From: Neovahlkampfia damariscottae
Taxonomy: Eukaryota
Assembly: GCA_016618085.1 (NCBI GenBank)
Contig: JABLTG010000033.1
Location: 62,001-126,000 of the forward strand
Direction: 5' to 3'
DNA: 64,000 bases
Below the pieces are notes generated by a model, which was given only the letters and a program-made list of their open reading frames with translations, was not told the origin of the DNA and did not search any database. The position numbers and the translations under genes were made by a program. Each line of letters begins with the position of its first letter. The stretch's first letter is position 1. This document shows positions 10,830-24,175 of the stretch, piece after piece.

Positions 10830-11687
10830 ATGTGTTGGAGTAAAGAAGTAAGTTTAGGTCTTGGATTATGTGGAGTTGTAATGACACTTGATCAATTGAG
10901 AAGATGGAAAAATGGACAACACAAAAGTATCTCAGTAGTACTCGTTTATTTCCTTTATAGCTTCATGGAGCTATTTCAATTCACACAAGTAAAAAACCAA
11001 AGAAAATATTCATTTCATAAAAAAAGTACATGGTAGGTTTTGAAACATGTGATCAAAAAAATGAATACATGACTCTCATTGCTCACATATTAATTTGGAT
11101 TCAACCAATTTGTTTGAACTATCATAGTTTTGCTTATACCAAAAAAAACAAACCATTAATGAGATTCGCTTTATTTGGATCTATTGCTGCTGCTATTACT
11201 TCAAGTTATGCTCTTTATCTTGGATATTATGCTTCAAAAGCTGGTCTTTATGTTTCAACAAATGAAAGAATTCATAATATTGGACCTGAGTTATGCACAA
11301 AAGCAACTGATATTCATTTTTCATGGTTCTTTCCTTATGATTCTTTAGATGGTTATCGTCCTATGGGATTCGTTTGGATACTCTTGGCAGCATTTCCACA
11401 TTTGTTCAGAACTGATGAATATACATTAGATGACTGGTTTGTATCAGGTCCATTATATGGATCCCTAGGTGTCATTGTAAGAAAAAAACAATTTTTTAAC
11501 ATAGGCATTTTCATAGGCAGGATGGTTAATTACTAGACTCATTGTTGGTGATTTTTATCATGCTCATTGGAGTTTCTGGTGTCTTCATTCTGTTAGTTAT
11601 GCATTTCTTCCTTATCTATGGAGAATATTCGTTCATCCATTTTTTGGTCATTTATTTGAAAATAAAAAAACTGAAAAGAAAGATTAA
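10830..11687 (+). CDS. Multi-pass membrane protein, DUF5765-like
   Basis: N-terminal MCWS, MELFQF, QP, and terminal WSFWC; introns at about 10989-11026 and 11477-11516. Confidence 0.6.
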
Positions 11688-11696
11688 ATTTTAATA

Positions 11697-14600
11697 CTAT
11701 TTGAATTTTAACATATTTTTTTCCCTCAATTCTTTTTCAAATTTCTTATGTTCTTTATCATAATCATCCCATTCTGGTACAATTCTTCTTGCAGAATCAA
11801 TTTTATTTTCTTTTGTTTGTGGATTGTTACACAAATCGATTGTTTTTGCTTTTCCTTTTGATTTATCAGAACACCATGCTTCACACCACAACCATTCTTG
11901 TGGCAATGAAAATATTGGAATTTGATGTTGTGCATAATTTGGTAAATCTTGATCTAAATTTGATAATGAATTTGGATCTTTTGAAAGAGAATCATAAATC
12001 ATTCTGTAAGAGTCTCCTGAATAATCGAATCTTAATTGTGCAATATCGACAACATATAATGCAGAAATATGATATGGTTTACCTCTCAAGTAATTTCCCC
12101 AATATCCACCTTTCCAAAACTTGAATCCATCCATTTCAGGTTTATCAGAACAAAATGGTGTGTAACCAACTGATTTTCCTTCTAAATCCATTTTAAACAA
12201 TTCAGTCATATCTGTTCTACAAACTTGATCTGCATCAACAAAAATAATTCTTTTAACTTTCAATGGAAATAGAACATCCAAAAATAGAACTTTGTAAGCC
12301 CAAATTTTTCTCATTTTCACAGATTGTTTATTCAGCCAAGTTGGCCATTTATAAGCAACTAAACCAAATTTAAAGTTATAACGTTTTGCCATCAATGGTA
12401 AATATTCTTTAAATTGAGGTGAGAGATAATTCTTCAAAAACCAAAATTTGACTTTTGACTTTTTTGTGTGTTTCAAAACACTCAAAATCATAATTTTTAG
12501 TAATCTTTCATACATATGACCTGATGCAACTGAAAATATATTCACTGTATTTTCGTCATCTTCATCATCTTCATTCTCTTTTTTTTTGAATAACTTTGAA
12601 ATTGAACCAAAAATACCTTTTGAATTTCTTGGATCTTCAATCAATTTTTCAGTTTCTTTTCCTTTTTTTTTGCCAACTTTTAAAAAGATATAAGGACCAT
12701 CAAATGATAATAAATGAACAGAAACTTTGTTTTCTCCTGTAGGTTTGATTGTATTCTTAATTTTTTGATCATAAAAATTGGTTGATGAATATTCTAATAT
12801 TTCATAAATTTCTGAATGTCTTCCTTTCGCAATATTTAAATCCCAAATGTTTGGATTTGATTTCAATTGAAAATATCCATAAGAAGCCATTACCAAAGTA
12901 TCTTGTTCTTGATCTTTACCTTTTGTGTTCAATGTTAACTCTAAACCTCTTGGTGGATCCATTGGTGAATTGGAAGTACAACTACCAGATATAATTATAT
13001 TTTCTAGTTGATATCTTGCATTTAAATCTTTACCTTCGATTTCATTCAATTTAATATTATCTAAATCATAGATTGAATAAGTCAATCCAATCAACCATGT
13101 TTCTTGAACGTGTAAATTCATCGTTAATATGTTTTTTGGTGATAATTGTTTGAAATTTGCTGTAGGATTTTTAATTTTTTTGTTTTGGTCAAATTCTAAT
13201 TCTGGGAATAAAACATAACGATACCAACTCTTTAATGGCATTTCAGATGTTGATAATTTTGGATTCAAAAACATTTTGATTGAAAATTGAAAATGATCAT
13301 TTAAAATGGTCAATAAAGTTGAAAGTTTTTGAGCTTCTGAACTTAAAGGATCAACAATTGCGATGACTTCTATGTTTTCGTTTTTTCCTTTTGTGGAAAT
13401 TCCTGAAAACTTTGATTTCAATTGGTCAGTTCTAATAGTTGCTCTTGGTCCAGTTTTTGATAAATCATGAGCCAAAAGTGAAGTAATATAAAGAATATCA
13501 TCACTACTTGCGTTTGGAATTTCCTTTACAATATCTTTAATTCTCAATTCTTCAGAAGCTTCTAATGTTGAAAAATCTTTTTGATCAAATTTGAATTTAG
13601 ATAAATTAAGAACTCTTCCGTTGGTAATAATCCAATTTGATTCTTTTTCTTGAACCAAATTTTGACAATATTGTGAATGATTATCCAAAACTTTTTCATA
13701 TGTCATGTCATTAATGTCAAATGAAACTTGAAGTTTTTTCAAAACAAATTCTAATGGAAATTCTTCTCCTTGACTGGTTTCATATAATTTCAAGAAATCA
13801 ATAGCTAATTGAAGTTCGCTATGGAGTGTTAGCCATAAGAAAATTCTTGTAACCAAATTTTGTGGCTTATTATTAATTGGAAGGAAAGATATCCTTGAAA
13901 TAGATTCTTTGTCATTCTAAGAACAATTTAGTATCATTTTTGACTCTTACAATATGTGAAAGTGCATTCACTAAAGTTTTTCTTGAATTTGAAGATTCAA
14001 TGTCACCACAGATAATATGTGAAAATTTCTTGACATTTTGATTGGCTTCCATCCAAGGAATGTGTTTTTGTGGTATTGCAATCATTTTTTTTTCTTTTTG
14101 AAAAATACCTGGATGATATTCATTTGCACTATTGTAAATTTTTGAATATAATTTGAATTGATTATCATCTCCTTTAATTTTCTTTGCTTGAATAAGTTTT
14201 GCAACTTCAACATATTCTTGATTCAAAGCATCATTAAATGCTTGCACCTATAATTGAGTTTAGAATTTTTTGAGAAAATATACTGAAGGTTTTGTTAATT
14301 TTCCGTTGAATAATAAAATTGGATTTTCATTGAATCCTTTTTTATGTATGTATTGAATACTTTTCTTTGCTTTTTCTAAATATTTTTCATTTGTTATCAC
14401 TTGTTCATATGTCATATCTTTTGGAGCATTTCTAAATTCATATTTCAAAACTGATTCATCCAATACGGTAGAAGATCTTACACCATGATTTAAGCGAATC
14501 AAAAAGTAGAATGCATCAGTGACACTTTAATCATTTAAATTTTTCGTTTTTTTTTTTACCTTTTTTTCTCTTTGATATACTCAAAAACTTGAGTAACTCT

Positions 14601-16397
14601 GGTGGCAATGTTATTAACTTTCCCGAAAATTTCTTCATTGGTTGGTTCTGATCTCATTTCTGATTTTGATTGTGATGCTTGAACATCAACATTGAAAAAT
14701 AAATTCGGTTTTTGATGTTTCAATTCTTTATATTGTTTTAATTCATTATTTCCAACAAGAACTAATCCAATTCTTGCAGGATATCCTTGTCTATAAATAT
14801 TGAAAGCATCTCTGATTAAATCTAAACCTTCTCTTGTACTTGGATCACAAATAATGACTGCATTAAAAAGATTATGTCTGGTCCACATTGGTCCATAAAA
14901 TCCTCTTTTTAAAATGTCTTCAATGTTAGATGACATTCTGCCATACATTGGATCTTTTGTCAAATCGTTGACGAATGAAATAACAGATTCATCAGTTACA
15001 TCAAATCTTGGACTTTCATTAAAATCTTGAGTAGCTGTTGTAATTTTTGGAATGACTTCAGATTTTACTTTTAATTTGTCAAATTTGTCATAAAAAGAAA
15101 TTTCATTTTGAAGAATATCCAAAAATGTGAAAGGAGTGAATTTTTCTAAATCAATTGTTCTTCCATTGATAAAGAATAAATTTTTTCCCTCTTCTAAAAT
15201 TTCTTGATTTTCTTTGATTTCTTGAGCAACAGATGAATTAACTTTCATTTTGTAAATTGATTTGACAGCTGCTGGAAAATTTTGTGCTATTTGTTCAAAA
15301 ATATGAAATGGTGATGAAGAACTCACAATTTTTTGAGCTGTTTGAATCCCAACATCTATCGAAAATTTAATCAATCATCGTCAAACCTGATATTTCCCAT
15401 GAGTCTATTTTTACATCTTTTTTGGAGTCTTGAAGAAGAGATTGTTTAAATTCAAGTAAATCTTTTTTTAAATTTGGATATTCTTTTTGTAAAACTTCAA
15501 AATTTACACCATCAATTTCATTTTCTTCTTCAACAGTTTCTTGTTTTTTTTCTTTTTTCACATCTTTTTTATCCATTGCATTGTATTCCATATTTTTAAT
15601 TTGTAATTCAACACCTAGTTATAATAATATTAAAAATATCTAAAAATTACCATATCCTTGCAAATGAAGTAAATCTTTTGATTCATTCACATCATCTTCA
15701 TAATTTTCACTTGCATCTTGTTTTGGATCATAATGTCGAAAATAATAATCAACATTTTTTTTAGAGAACTCTTCATGAAGTTTTTTAAACTCATTTGAAC
15801 CTAATTTTGAATATAAAATTATTTTTGTTGAATGAGATTCTCTTTTTGGAAAATAATGGTCAAATTCAAAAATCTCCGATGAACTAACAACAATTTTTAG
15901 AAAAGATTTTTAAATACTTTTGAACTGTTTTGATTAAAGAGTCACCTCTTCTTTCAATGTTCTTTTCATCTGTTGTTAAATGTTGTTTTGCCAATTTCAT
16001 AAAAGTAACTATTTTTGGTGAAGAGTTTCTGAGACTCAAAGCAAATTTCAACATTTTGATTTTCAAATCTGAGAGTTGTAACTTGCCAACAGTTTCTAAA
16101 ATATGTTCATAATTTTCTTTATCCTGAAAGATGTTTAAATTTGGGTTTTTTTGGTTTACTGTTTGTTTTTCATCAATAGTTTCTGCGAATTTCCAAAACA
16201 ATTCTGGTGATTCTTGAGATAAAAATTCGCTGTTCTTTTCAGATTTCTTTTTTTTTTTACCTTGTTTCTGCTATGATTGAAGTTTGTAACCATGTGCTTT
16301 TTAAATTCACGTTTATGTTTTTTTTCTGTTCACATGAAACTAAATAAGTGAATGTTGATATCAAAAAGAACAATATGAGAGTGTTGCTCTTCAACAT
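11697..16397 (-). CDS. UGGT: UDP-glucose:glycoprotein glucosyltransferase
   Basis: Signal peptide; NIFSVASGHMYER, FVDADQV, SLSNLDQDLPN, WLWCEAWC, TIDLCNNP; about 8 short GT-AG introns link the ORFs. Confidence 0.95.
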
Positions 16398-16492
16398 TCT
16401 AAAAATTGTTTGAACCAATAAAATGCCAACACGAGTTAATTTTCAAATAAAAACAAAAACAAGAAAAAACCAAAATAATATTTACTAAATTT

Positions 16493-17372
16493 TCAATTGC
16501 AACAACCTCCTTCACTCATTTCTGAATTTTCTTCCTGAGTTTTTTTAAATTCAATGATATCTTCATTATGCTCGATTTGCCAATTCTTCATGTTTCTATT
16601 CCATAAAGTAAACCCAATACGATCTATGAATATGTTAAAATTCGAATATATATACCAAACAACTCTGTAGTGTTCACACCTTCTTTTGATGAAACTTCCC
16701 AATATTCAGCTTCAAGTTGAGAGGCAACTTTTAATCCTTCCTTTTCATCTACCATCCTTTCTAAATCAGATTTATTCCCTACAAGAAATAAAGAAAAGTT
16801 TTCTTCATCAATTTCATTAACAGCTTGTTCATACCAAGTTTCAACTTTTTGCAAAGATTTTTGTGAAGTTAAATCAAATAATATCAAACATGCATTAACA
16901 TTTCGATAATATGCTTTCGTTAATGATTGAAATCTTTCTAATAAAGAAATTAATTTTTTTAATTTTTTTCTACCTTGTCCTGTATGGTGAAAAAATAATA
17001 TTTTTTACCTGCTGTATCCCAAATAGATAGATAATAATCAGTTCCATATATTACATATTTTTTGTTGAAAAAATCCGACTGTACTGTTGGCATATACGTT
17101 TCAAAAAAAGAGTCAGTTGTTGCTCGCATAAATAAAGAAGTTTTTCCGACATTTGATTCTCCTACTAAAATTACTTTACCATTTTTTAATGGATAAACAT
17201 TTTCAGATCTCAAATTTTTATAATTTTTTAAACTTTCTTTTATGTCCGAGTTCAATTCCTTTTCTGTTCTGTTTACAGTTAAATTTTGTTTTAATTACAA
17301 TTGAAGATCTCCTTTTCCTGGTTTTATTTTGGATATGCTCTCAATCCTTCTTGCTTCTGTTGCTTTTGACAT
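16493..17372 (-). CDS. Rab GTPase with N-terminal extension (Rab34/36-like)
   Basis: GESNVGKTS, WDTAGQERF (assembled through 6-nt exon 16974-16979), GNKSD, EVSSK, C-terminal GGCCN. Confidence 0.85.
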
Positions 17373-17438
17373 TGACCTCAAGTTGGAAACAACAATTTTG
17401 ATTGGTTTGGAAAAATTAATTCAAAATATAGTTTCTTT

Positions 17439-19651
17439 TTATTCAATAAATATTTCTCCTAATTCATTTTCTTTTTGTTGAATTTTTAACTTTACTTTTG
17501 AAAGATCCCATTGTGAATCATAAAAATGTTCAAAAATATTTTCCCAAATAAAAGGATAAAAGAAATTCTCCGTATTTGAATCTTCAGAATATCTAAAATT
17601 ATAGTGCTCATAAATCTTCAATTGATCAGATTTCCAATTCTTTATCTCTTTTTTCAACAATGAAATTACTTCATCAATCGACCATGTTTTCTTTTCTTTC
17701 AACAATTTCTCATCAAAGTGGTTCAAAACAACATCAATATTAGTCAAATAATTTGAAAACATAGTTATTTTTCTCAATGGTTCAAACACTTCTCTTTGAT
17801 GAAGTAACTCATAGAGCAACCAAATGTTCTTTGAAAGGTTATAAGTCAAACAAGTATTAATGATTTCAATAGCAATTTGAATGAATTTCAAATATGCATC
17901 TCTTTCATCTTCGAACTAAGTAGATGTTAAAAAAGATCAAAAACTCAAACAGTTTCATCCAATCTATTGTATCTCTTGTTTAAAGTAGAAATCAGAAACA
18001 ACAATCTTTGAGATGCTGAAGAATCCACTTCTTTCATATAAATGCTGATATTTGAGATAATTGCGAGACAATTATTTCCTAAAAACATATCCTTGATGAA
18101 AAATATAAATTTAATTTTTTTGGATACTTTTTGAACTCCAACATCATGCAAAACTGATTTCAATAAAATCAACATCATCAAACTTCCTAAATTGATATCT
18201 TTGATGATTCTATCCTTATACCAAGGAATAGAAGGAACTTTCTATAATTGTTAAATTTAATGATTCATTTACAATTTCAAACAATTTCTTTACTAAATTT
18301 GAATCTTCTGTTAGAATTGTCAAGATGATCAACATCATGTAAATATGATTTTCTTTTTCATTTGGTGACGCATACAGCTTATGTAGAATAGAAATAACCT
18401 ATTTGATCAAATATTAAACAGAGAAATTAAGTACCAATCTTTTTATCTCATCAGATTCAAAAACAAATTTCTTAAATCTATCATTTTCATGAAATATTGA
18501 ATAAAATATCAAAGTGCACATTTCTTCATCAAAGTTTTTTAAAAAACCATCCAGTGTAATTTTGAATGAAATTGAAATTAAATTATCTTCAATATCTTCT
18601 GTATCATCTTCTAAAAAATTTTCAATTTTCTTTTTTATGAACTTACGCTGGTTATTGATTGATTGTAATGAATTTAAGTATGGATTTGGATTATTTGAAT
18701 CATTTTTTCTATAATATAATAACAATGATAAGATCATTGGACTTCTTTTTCCTAATAATTGTGGAAACTCTTCTTTGATTTTATTGTCTTCAACATAACT
18801 TCCAAAGAAGATTTTGTAAATTCCAGAAATGGTTGAAACAAAACTATAAAGAACATCATTCATACTTGAAAGAAAAGATCCTTCCCATTCTGAATCTGTT
18901 GTGGTCAAACGATAATTATTTGAATTATTGAGCAAGACTTGAACTAATTTCAAAGGTATATGATTATTTTTGATTTCAATTGAAGATTCAAGAAATAGAT
19001 TGTGTTTCCTTGCTTTATTACTCACCATATCTCCTGATATAATTCCACCATAAATGGTTGTACTGAATAATACAGCAATTAAATTCACACATTCTAAATG
19101 TATCAAATATGTCTTTTCATTGACCGGATTTTCAGTTAAAAACAAAAACAAAGATTCCATTAATAATGAAACTAAAGTTCTTTCTCCAAGAATTTTTTTT
19201 GAAGATTTAAATCCTGGTGGTAAACAGTTGAAATGTGCTTCGAGTAAAGTTAAATTATCTGATGATTCAATTAAAATTGTGTGGATAAAATGTCGAAAAA
19301 TTAAAAGTCCATTTGAGATATCAATTTCATTTTTATCTATTCTACTTGAAGAACATAACCATTCTGAGATGACAAGAATGAAACCACCAATTGAACCAGT
19401 TTGTAAATTATTTTCATCTATTTTTTTTTAGTTTCAATAAATGACTTACATAATGAATTTGCCATTTTTTTTGTAATTTTGTTTAAAACCTCAGGATTGA
19501 TTATTGAAAGAGGAGGTAAATTTGTGGTTAGTTTGTTAATTTCACTTCTTGCAGATGACCATATATTTTCTTTGGTTGGTTCTGATGAACATAGAGAACT
19601 AATGAATACATTATTGTGGATTTGTTCTTCAACAGACACACTTTGACCCAT
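17439..19651 (-). CDS. DYM: Dymeclin-like protein
   Basis: MGQSVS start; IPWYKD, NNCLAIISN, SQRL, LLYELL, FFYPFIW segments; multiple short introns. Confidence 0.8.
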
Positions 19652-19836
19652 ACTTCAAGTTCTTTGTTCAACCTTGGTTGGACCAATAGAAAATCAAAAA
19701 GATACTTTCTATTGAATATATCATTTTATTTCTACAAACTACCAAATTTTCTGGATTGATGATTGTAACGGAAATAAAAAAACCAACCAATTAAAAACTT
19801 TTTAATTTCAACAAACTTAAAAAAACCAAAGACACC

Positions 19837-20547
19837 ATGTACAGAGATTTTGGTTCAAAACCAGGTTCAGGAGGTGTAATTCAAAGTTCTTTTGATAAAA
19901 AAGAAAGACTTCGTAAACTTGCTTTGGAAACACTTGACCTTTCAAATGATCCTTTTTTTATGCGAAACCACATTGGTAGTTATGAATGTAGACTTTGTTT
20001 GACGCTTCACAATAATGAAGGTAATTATTTAGCTCATACTCAAGGAAAGCGACATCAAATGAATTTAAAAAGAAGAGCAGCTAAACTTGAAAAATCAAAA
20101 GAAGGAAATTCCAACCCAGCTCTTTTAGAATCAAAAACAAAAACTTTACAAAAGAAAACTATAAAAATAGGTAGACCAGGATATAACGTGGCGAAAATAA
20201 TCGAACCTTCTACTGGTCAAAAAGGTCTTTTGTTTCAGTTGATGTATCCGGAAATTGATGAAAACGTGCAACCTTTATATCGTTTTGTTAGTGCTTATGA
20301 ACAAAAAATAGATTTACCTTTTGACAAAAATTATCAGTATTTGTTATTTGCTGCTGAACCTTATGAAACTGTTGGATTCAAAATACCAAATTTACCAATT
20401 GATAAAGGTGATGAAAAATTTGAAACAGAATGGGACTCAGAAAAAAGAATATTTAATATGAAGTTATCGTTCCTTGAAAAATCAGATGTACCTCTACCAC
20501 CACCTCCACCACCACCACCAAAAGAAAAAGTTGAAGAAAATGATTAA
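19837..20547 (+). CDS. SF3A2: Splicing factor 3A subunit 2
   Basis: ERLRKLALET.DL..DPFFMRNH, C2H2 zinc finger ECRLCLTLH...HTQGKRH, KIGRPGY, FAAEPYET. Confidence 0.95.
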   Translation: MYRDFGSKPGSGGVIQSSFDKKERLRKLALETLDLSNDPFFMRNHIGSYECRLCLTLHNNEGNYLAHTQGKRHQMNLKRRAAKLEKSKEGNSNPALLESKTKTLQKKTIKIGRPGYNVAKIIEPSTGQKGLLFQLMYPEIDENVQPLYRFVSAYEQKIDLPFDKNYQYLLFAAEPYETVGFKIPNLPIDKGDEKFETEWDSEKRIFNMKLSFLEKSDVPLPPPPPPPPKEKVEEND

Positions 20548-20612
20548 ATGTTTATTTTTTTTTTTCAAACCATTCTTATTAGTAATTAGATAATGTTAAG
20601 AAAAAAAAATAT

Positions 20613-21278
20613 TTAATTTGTTGAGTATTTTTGATATGGTAAAGGACCATTAGGTGCGTCAAAGCATTCACCTATTTGATGTATTTCTTCTTTAATTTTC
20701 TCTCCTTTACAGTTGTTTTTGGAAAATTTTTGATCATAAAACAGATTGGTCGTTTTATCAAAGAATACTTTGGAAGATTTTGCATTTGAATCTTCCAAAA
20801 CAAATAAATTTTTTTGTATTTTAGAATTATCATCAGAATTGAAACAAATACCTCTTTCCAAGAAAGCTCCTGATCCAGCAGTTGGTGAAGTACAATCTGG
20901 ATTTGGATGATAATTTGTGATGATCCCATCTTCTTCAATGGTTGGAAGATTTCCACAAGTGAATTTGACATTCATTAAACCAGTTTTAATGCATTTGTTG
21001 AGTGGAACAACTTCTTCACTATGACAAATACTACACCAAGCATCTTGACAAGATCCTTTGACTATTGCATGTGTTTCATTGCATGTGATGATATGAAAAA
21101 TAATATCACCTTCACGAGGAATCATTCTGCAACCTCCAGTGATGGTGAATGTACCAGTCCCTTCGGGATAAGCCTTTAGGCATTCATTATCAAATGGCTT
21201 ATGTTTTGTTTGTATCAAATATTTACAATCTATAAAAATTAACAGACATAACATGAGCAACCACCTAAAACAGTTCAT
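20613..21278 (-). CDS. Secreted cysteine-rich protein
   Basis: Signal-like MNCFRWLLMLCLLIF; two Cys-rich modules; CCAAT palindrome just upstream. Confidence 0.6.
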   Translation of the reverse strand: MNCFRWLLMLCLLIFIDCKYLIQTKHKPFDNECLKAYPEGTGTFTITGGCRMIPREGDIIFHIITCNETHAIVKGSCQDAWCSICHSEEVVPLNKCIKTGLMNVKFTCGNLPTIEEDGIITNYHPNPDCTSPTAGSGAFLERGICFNSDDNSKIQKNLFVLEDSNAKSSKVFFDKTTNLFYDQKFSKNNCKGEKIKEEIHQIGECFDAPNGPLPYQKYSTN

Positions 21279-21662
21279 TTTTCTCTTATTCGAAGTGATT
21301 GGCCAATCATTGATCTTTGTATATTTGAGGTTAAAATCTGAATTTCTAATCTTGGACAAAAGAACCCAAATATTCTTGTTGATAAAGAAAAAGTTTATTT
21401 CAAGGGTGCTGTTCAAATTTTCTTTTGAAAGAATTTGGAACAAGTGAAGTTCTATTTTTATAAATTGGTGGAGCATTCGAGAAATTTCTTTTCTCTTCCC
21501 TTTCTTTCCACTCCTGATGAAAATAACTAAAATGAGAAAGTGATCAGAAAACCTTTCAGTAGATATTTGATTCTTTAAGCCAAACAACAATTTCCAAATG
21601 AAAATAAAAAGGAAAAGATGAAGAAAAAAGAAATTCATTTTTGTTGGGAAATTTCTGTAAGC

Positions 21663-23900
21663 TTAATTAAAACAAAAATTGAAATCATGGAAATGTTCTT
21701 TGAGAATTTTCGGTTCACCCTTCAAAATAAAATTGAAAGTTGATTTGCGTCTTGTTTGAATGAAGTTTCTGACATTTTTTGAAGGCATCCATATTTTGTT
21801 ATCTCTCAATAACAGCGTATCACATAATTTCAGTTTAAGAATATTTGGAGATACATCTTTGATCAAATTGTCTTCAAAAACCAATGATGTTAAATTTGTC
21901 AAGTCAAAAAGTGATTCTGGAATGTTACCAATGAGATTATGAGATAAATTTAATACTTCTAAATTTTTCAAATTTGAAATATTTCCTGATATTTCTTGAA
22001 TTTGATTGAAACTAAAATCGATTTCTTTTAAATTTTTCATTTCAAATAATTCTTCTGGGATCTCTATGACACCACATTTTGACATTTGAATATTGTTTAA
22101 ATTTGAAAATTGAAAAATTTCATTTGGGATTTTTCCTATTTTAGAATCTTCCCAAATAATTCTTTCTGTTTCATTTTTGAAACGATTTAAATTAATACTC
22201 TTTGGATCTCCATTGATTATCAAATGTTCAATATCAAAAAATAGAAAATTTGAATCAATTATCTCATGTATAACCATGTAATTTCTACCTGTTTCATCTG
22301 ACGATATTTTTGGATTAAATAATTCTTCAGGTTTTAATATTTTATAAATGGACCATTCTCTTGCATCAATAAAACTGAAATATTCATCACAAATGTAGGG
22401 GAGAATATTTGTTCCATATTTATTGTTCAAAAACATCAAATATGAAAAGATCATGTCTGCATCTTCTTTTTCATTTTCTTTGATATTTGGATATTCTAAT
22501 TTGAATACACTACCATTTCTGAATGAATTAATGAATAATTTCAATTTTCCTTTAAATTGTTCAGAAGCATACTGAAGAACATATCCATTTTTTGAAACAG
22601 CTTCCAATAAAAATGCTTCATCTTTCTTCAATGTTTCGGAAGCGTGAATAAAGCACTCTCCTCGATAAAAATCATTTGAAATTGCATTCAAAACAATCTC
22701 TTTGTCATTTTTTAAACTTTCCGAAACAAATTCAAGTGCAGAACCATTTTTGGAAATGATTTCCATCATATACTTTTTTTCACCTTTAAATTTCATTGGT
22801 GCATCTTTCAATGTTTCTGCATTGCTTAAAGCTGCAGTTTTGATGATTTCTTTGTCACTTTTGCAATCTTTGGAGGCATATTTAATAGCATTTCCATTTT
22901 GTGAAACTGCAATCAAAACTATTTCTTTATCTTTTTTAAAATCTTTACTCACAAATTCAAGAGCAAAACCATTTTGTGAAACTGCTTTCAACACTATTTC
23001 CCTGTTATTCCTGAAATATTCCGAAGCAAATTTGATTGATTGACCATTTTGAGAAATTGCTGTTGACACAACATTTATATCATTCTGTAATTCTTTTGAA
23101 GCATATTCAAGCTCAAAACCATTAACTGAAACAACTTTGAGAACAATTTCTTTATCATTTTGAAATATTGAAGAACCTTCAGTAGAACGAAATCCTGATT
23201 TTAAAATTGAAGCCAATATGATGTCTTTATCATTTTTGAATTTTTGAGGAAGGTCTTCAAATACAAGCGAGGAAGTTTCAGTCGCCTTTAATACTATTCT
23301 CTTCTCATTTTTCATCTTTTCAGAAATTCTTGAGATCAGGAGACCATTTTGTGAAACTGCTTCCAAAGCAATATCAAAATCATTTTTAAGTTCTTTTGAA
23401 ACAAAAAATAAAGAGTTTCCTTTTTGTGAAACTGCCAACATTGCTATTTCTTTATCATTCCTAAATTCTGTTGGTATATTTTCAATTGCATCACTATCAT
23501 TTGAAATTGCAGCCAAAATAACATCTTTACAATTTCTTAATTCTGTTGAAGCATATTTAATAGCAGGACCATAGTTTGAAACAGCTAATAAAACAAGTTT
23601 TTTTGAATTTCTCATTTCTTCAGGACAATATTTCAGAGGCCAACCATAAAGTGAAACTGCTTTCAAAAGAATTTCTTCATCTTTTTTTAAATTTTCAGAA
23701 GCTATTTCAAAACCTTCTCCAACTTTGGATATTAATTCCAAAATAAACTGTTTATCGTTTTTGAGTTCTTCTGGAAAGTATTCACTTCTAAAAGAATAAT
23801 TTTCAACTAATTTCAAGATAAATTTCTTGTTTTTTTTTAGCTCTTTGGTGGCTTGTTCAAAAGTGCAAACTGTTGAGATACTTCCGTCACCAAGGTTCAT
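21663..23900 (-). CDS. DUF4116-like repeats fused to C-terminal leucine-rich repeats
   Basis: Many LKNDKEIVLxAVSxNG repeats, then LxxLxLSxN.I..IP LRRs. Confidence 0.85.
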   Translation of the reverse strand: MNLGDGSISTVCTFEQATKELKKNKKFILKLVENYSFRSEYFPEELKNDKQFILELISKVGEGFEIASENLKKDEEILLKAVSLYGWPLKYCPEEMRNSKKLVLLAVSNYGPAIKYASTELRNCKDVILAAISNDSDAIENIPTEFRNDKEIAMLAVSQKGNSLFFVSKELKNDFDIALEAVSQNGLLISRISEKMKNEKRIVLKATETSSLVFEDLPQKFKNDKDIILASILKSGFRSTEGSSIFQNDKEIVLKVVSVNGFELEYASKELQNDINVVSTAISQNGQSIKFASEYFRNNREIVLKAVSQNGFALEFVSKDFKKDKEIVLIAVSQNGNAIKYASKDCKSDKEIIKTAALSNAETLKDAPMKFKGEKKYMMEIISKNGSALEFVSESLKNDKEIVLNAISNDFYRGECFIHASETLKKDEAFLLEAVSKNGYVLQYASEQFKGKLKLFINSFRNGSVFKLEYPNIKENEKEDADMIFSYLMFLNNKYGTNILPYICDEYFSFIDAREWSIYKILKPEELFNPKISSDETGRNYMVIHEIIDSNFLFFDIEHLIINGDPKSINLNRFKNETERIIWEDSKIGKIPNEIFQFSNLNNIQMSKCGVIEIPEELFEMKNLKEIDFSFNQIQEISGNISNLKNLEVLNLSHNLIGNIPESLFDLTNLTSLVFEDNLIKDVSPNILKLKLCDTLLLRDNKIWMPSKNVRNFIQTRRKSTFNFILKGEPKILKEHFHDFNFCFN

Positions 23901-24175
23901 TTTAATAAAAAAAATTGAGCCAATAGAAGTCTTTGGAAGAAGAACTTTTAAAGGATTGAAGAAGGATCACAAAATTCGGATGAAGTTGGCTTATTTTTAA
24001 TTTGAAGCTACAATTGGTCAGGTTTGAGAAGTTTCAAGATCACTTTATACATTTGACAACTCAATTGAAGATTCCAAAGATCAATGGAAAGCAAAATCTC
24101 TTTTTTTCTTGAATTAATCAAATCCAACAAGTCACTTTTTTGTTTCTCTTTTTATTGGACAACATTGTTGAATAC

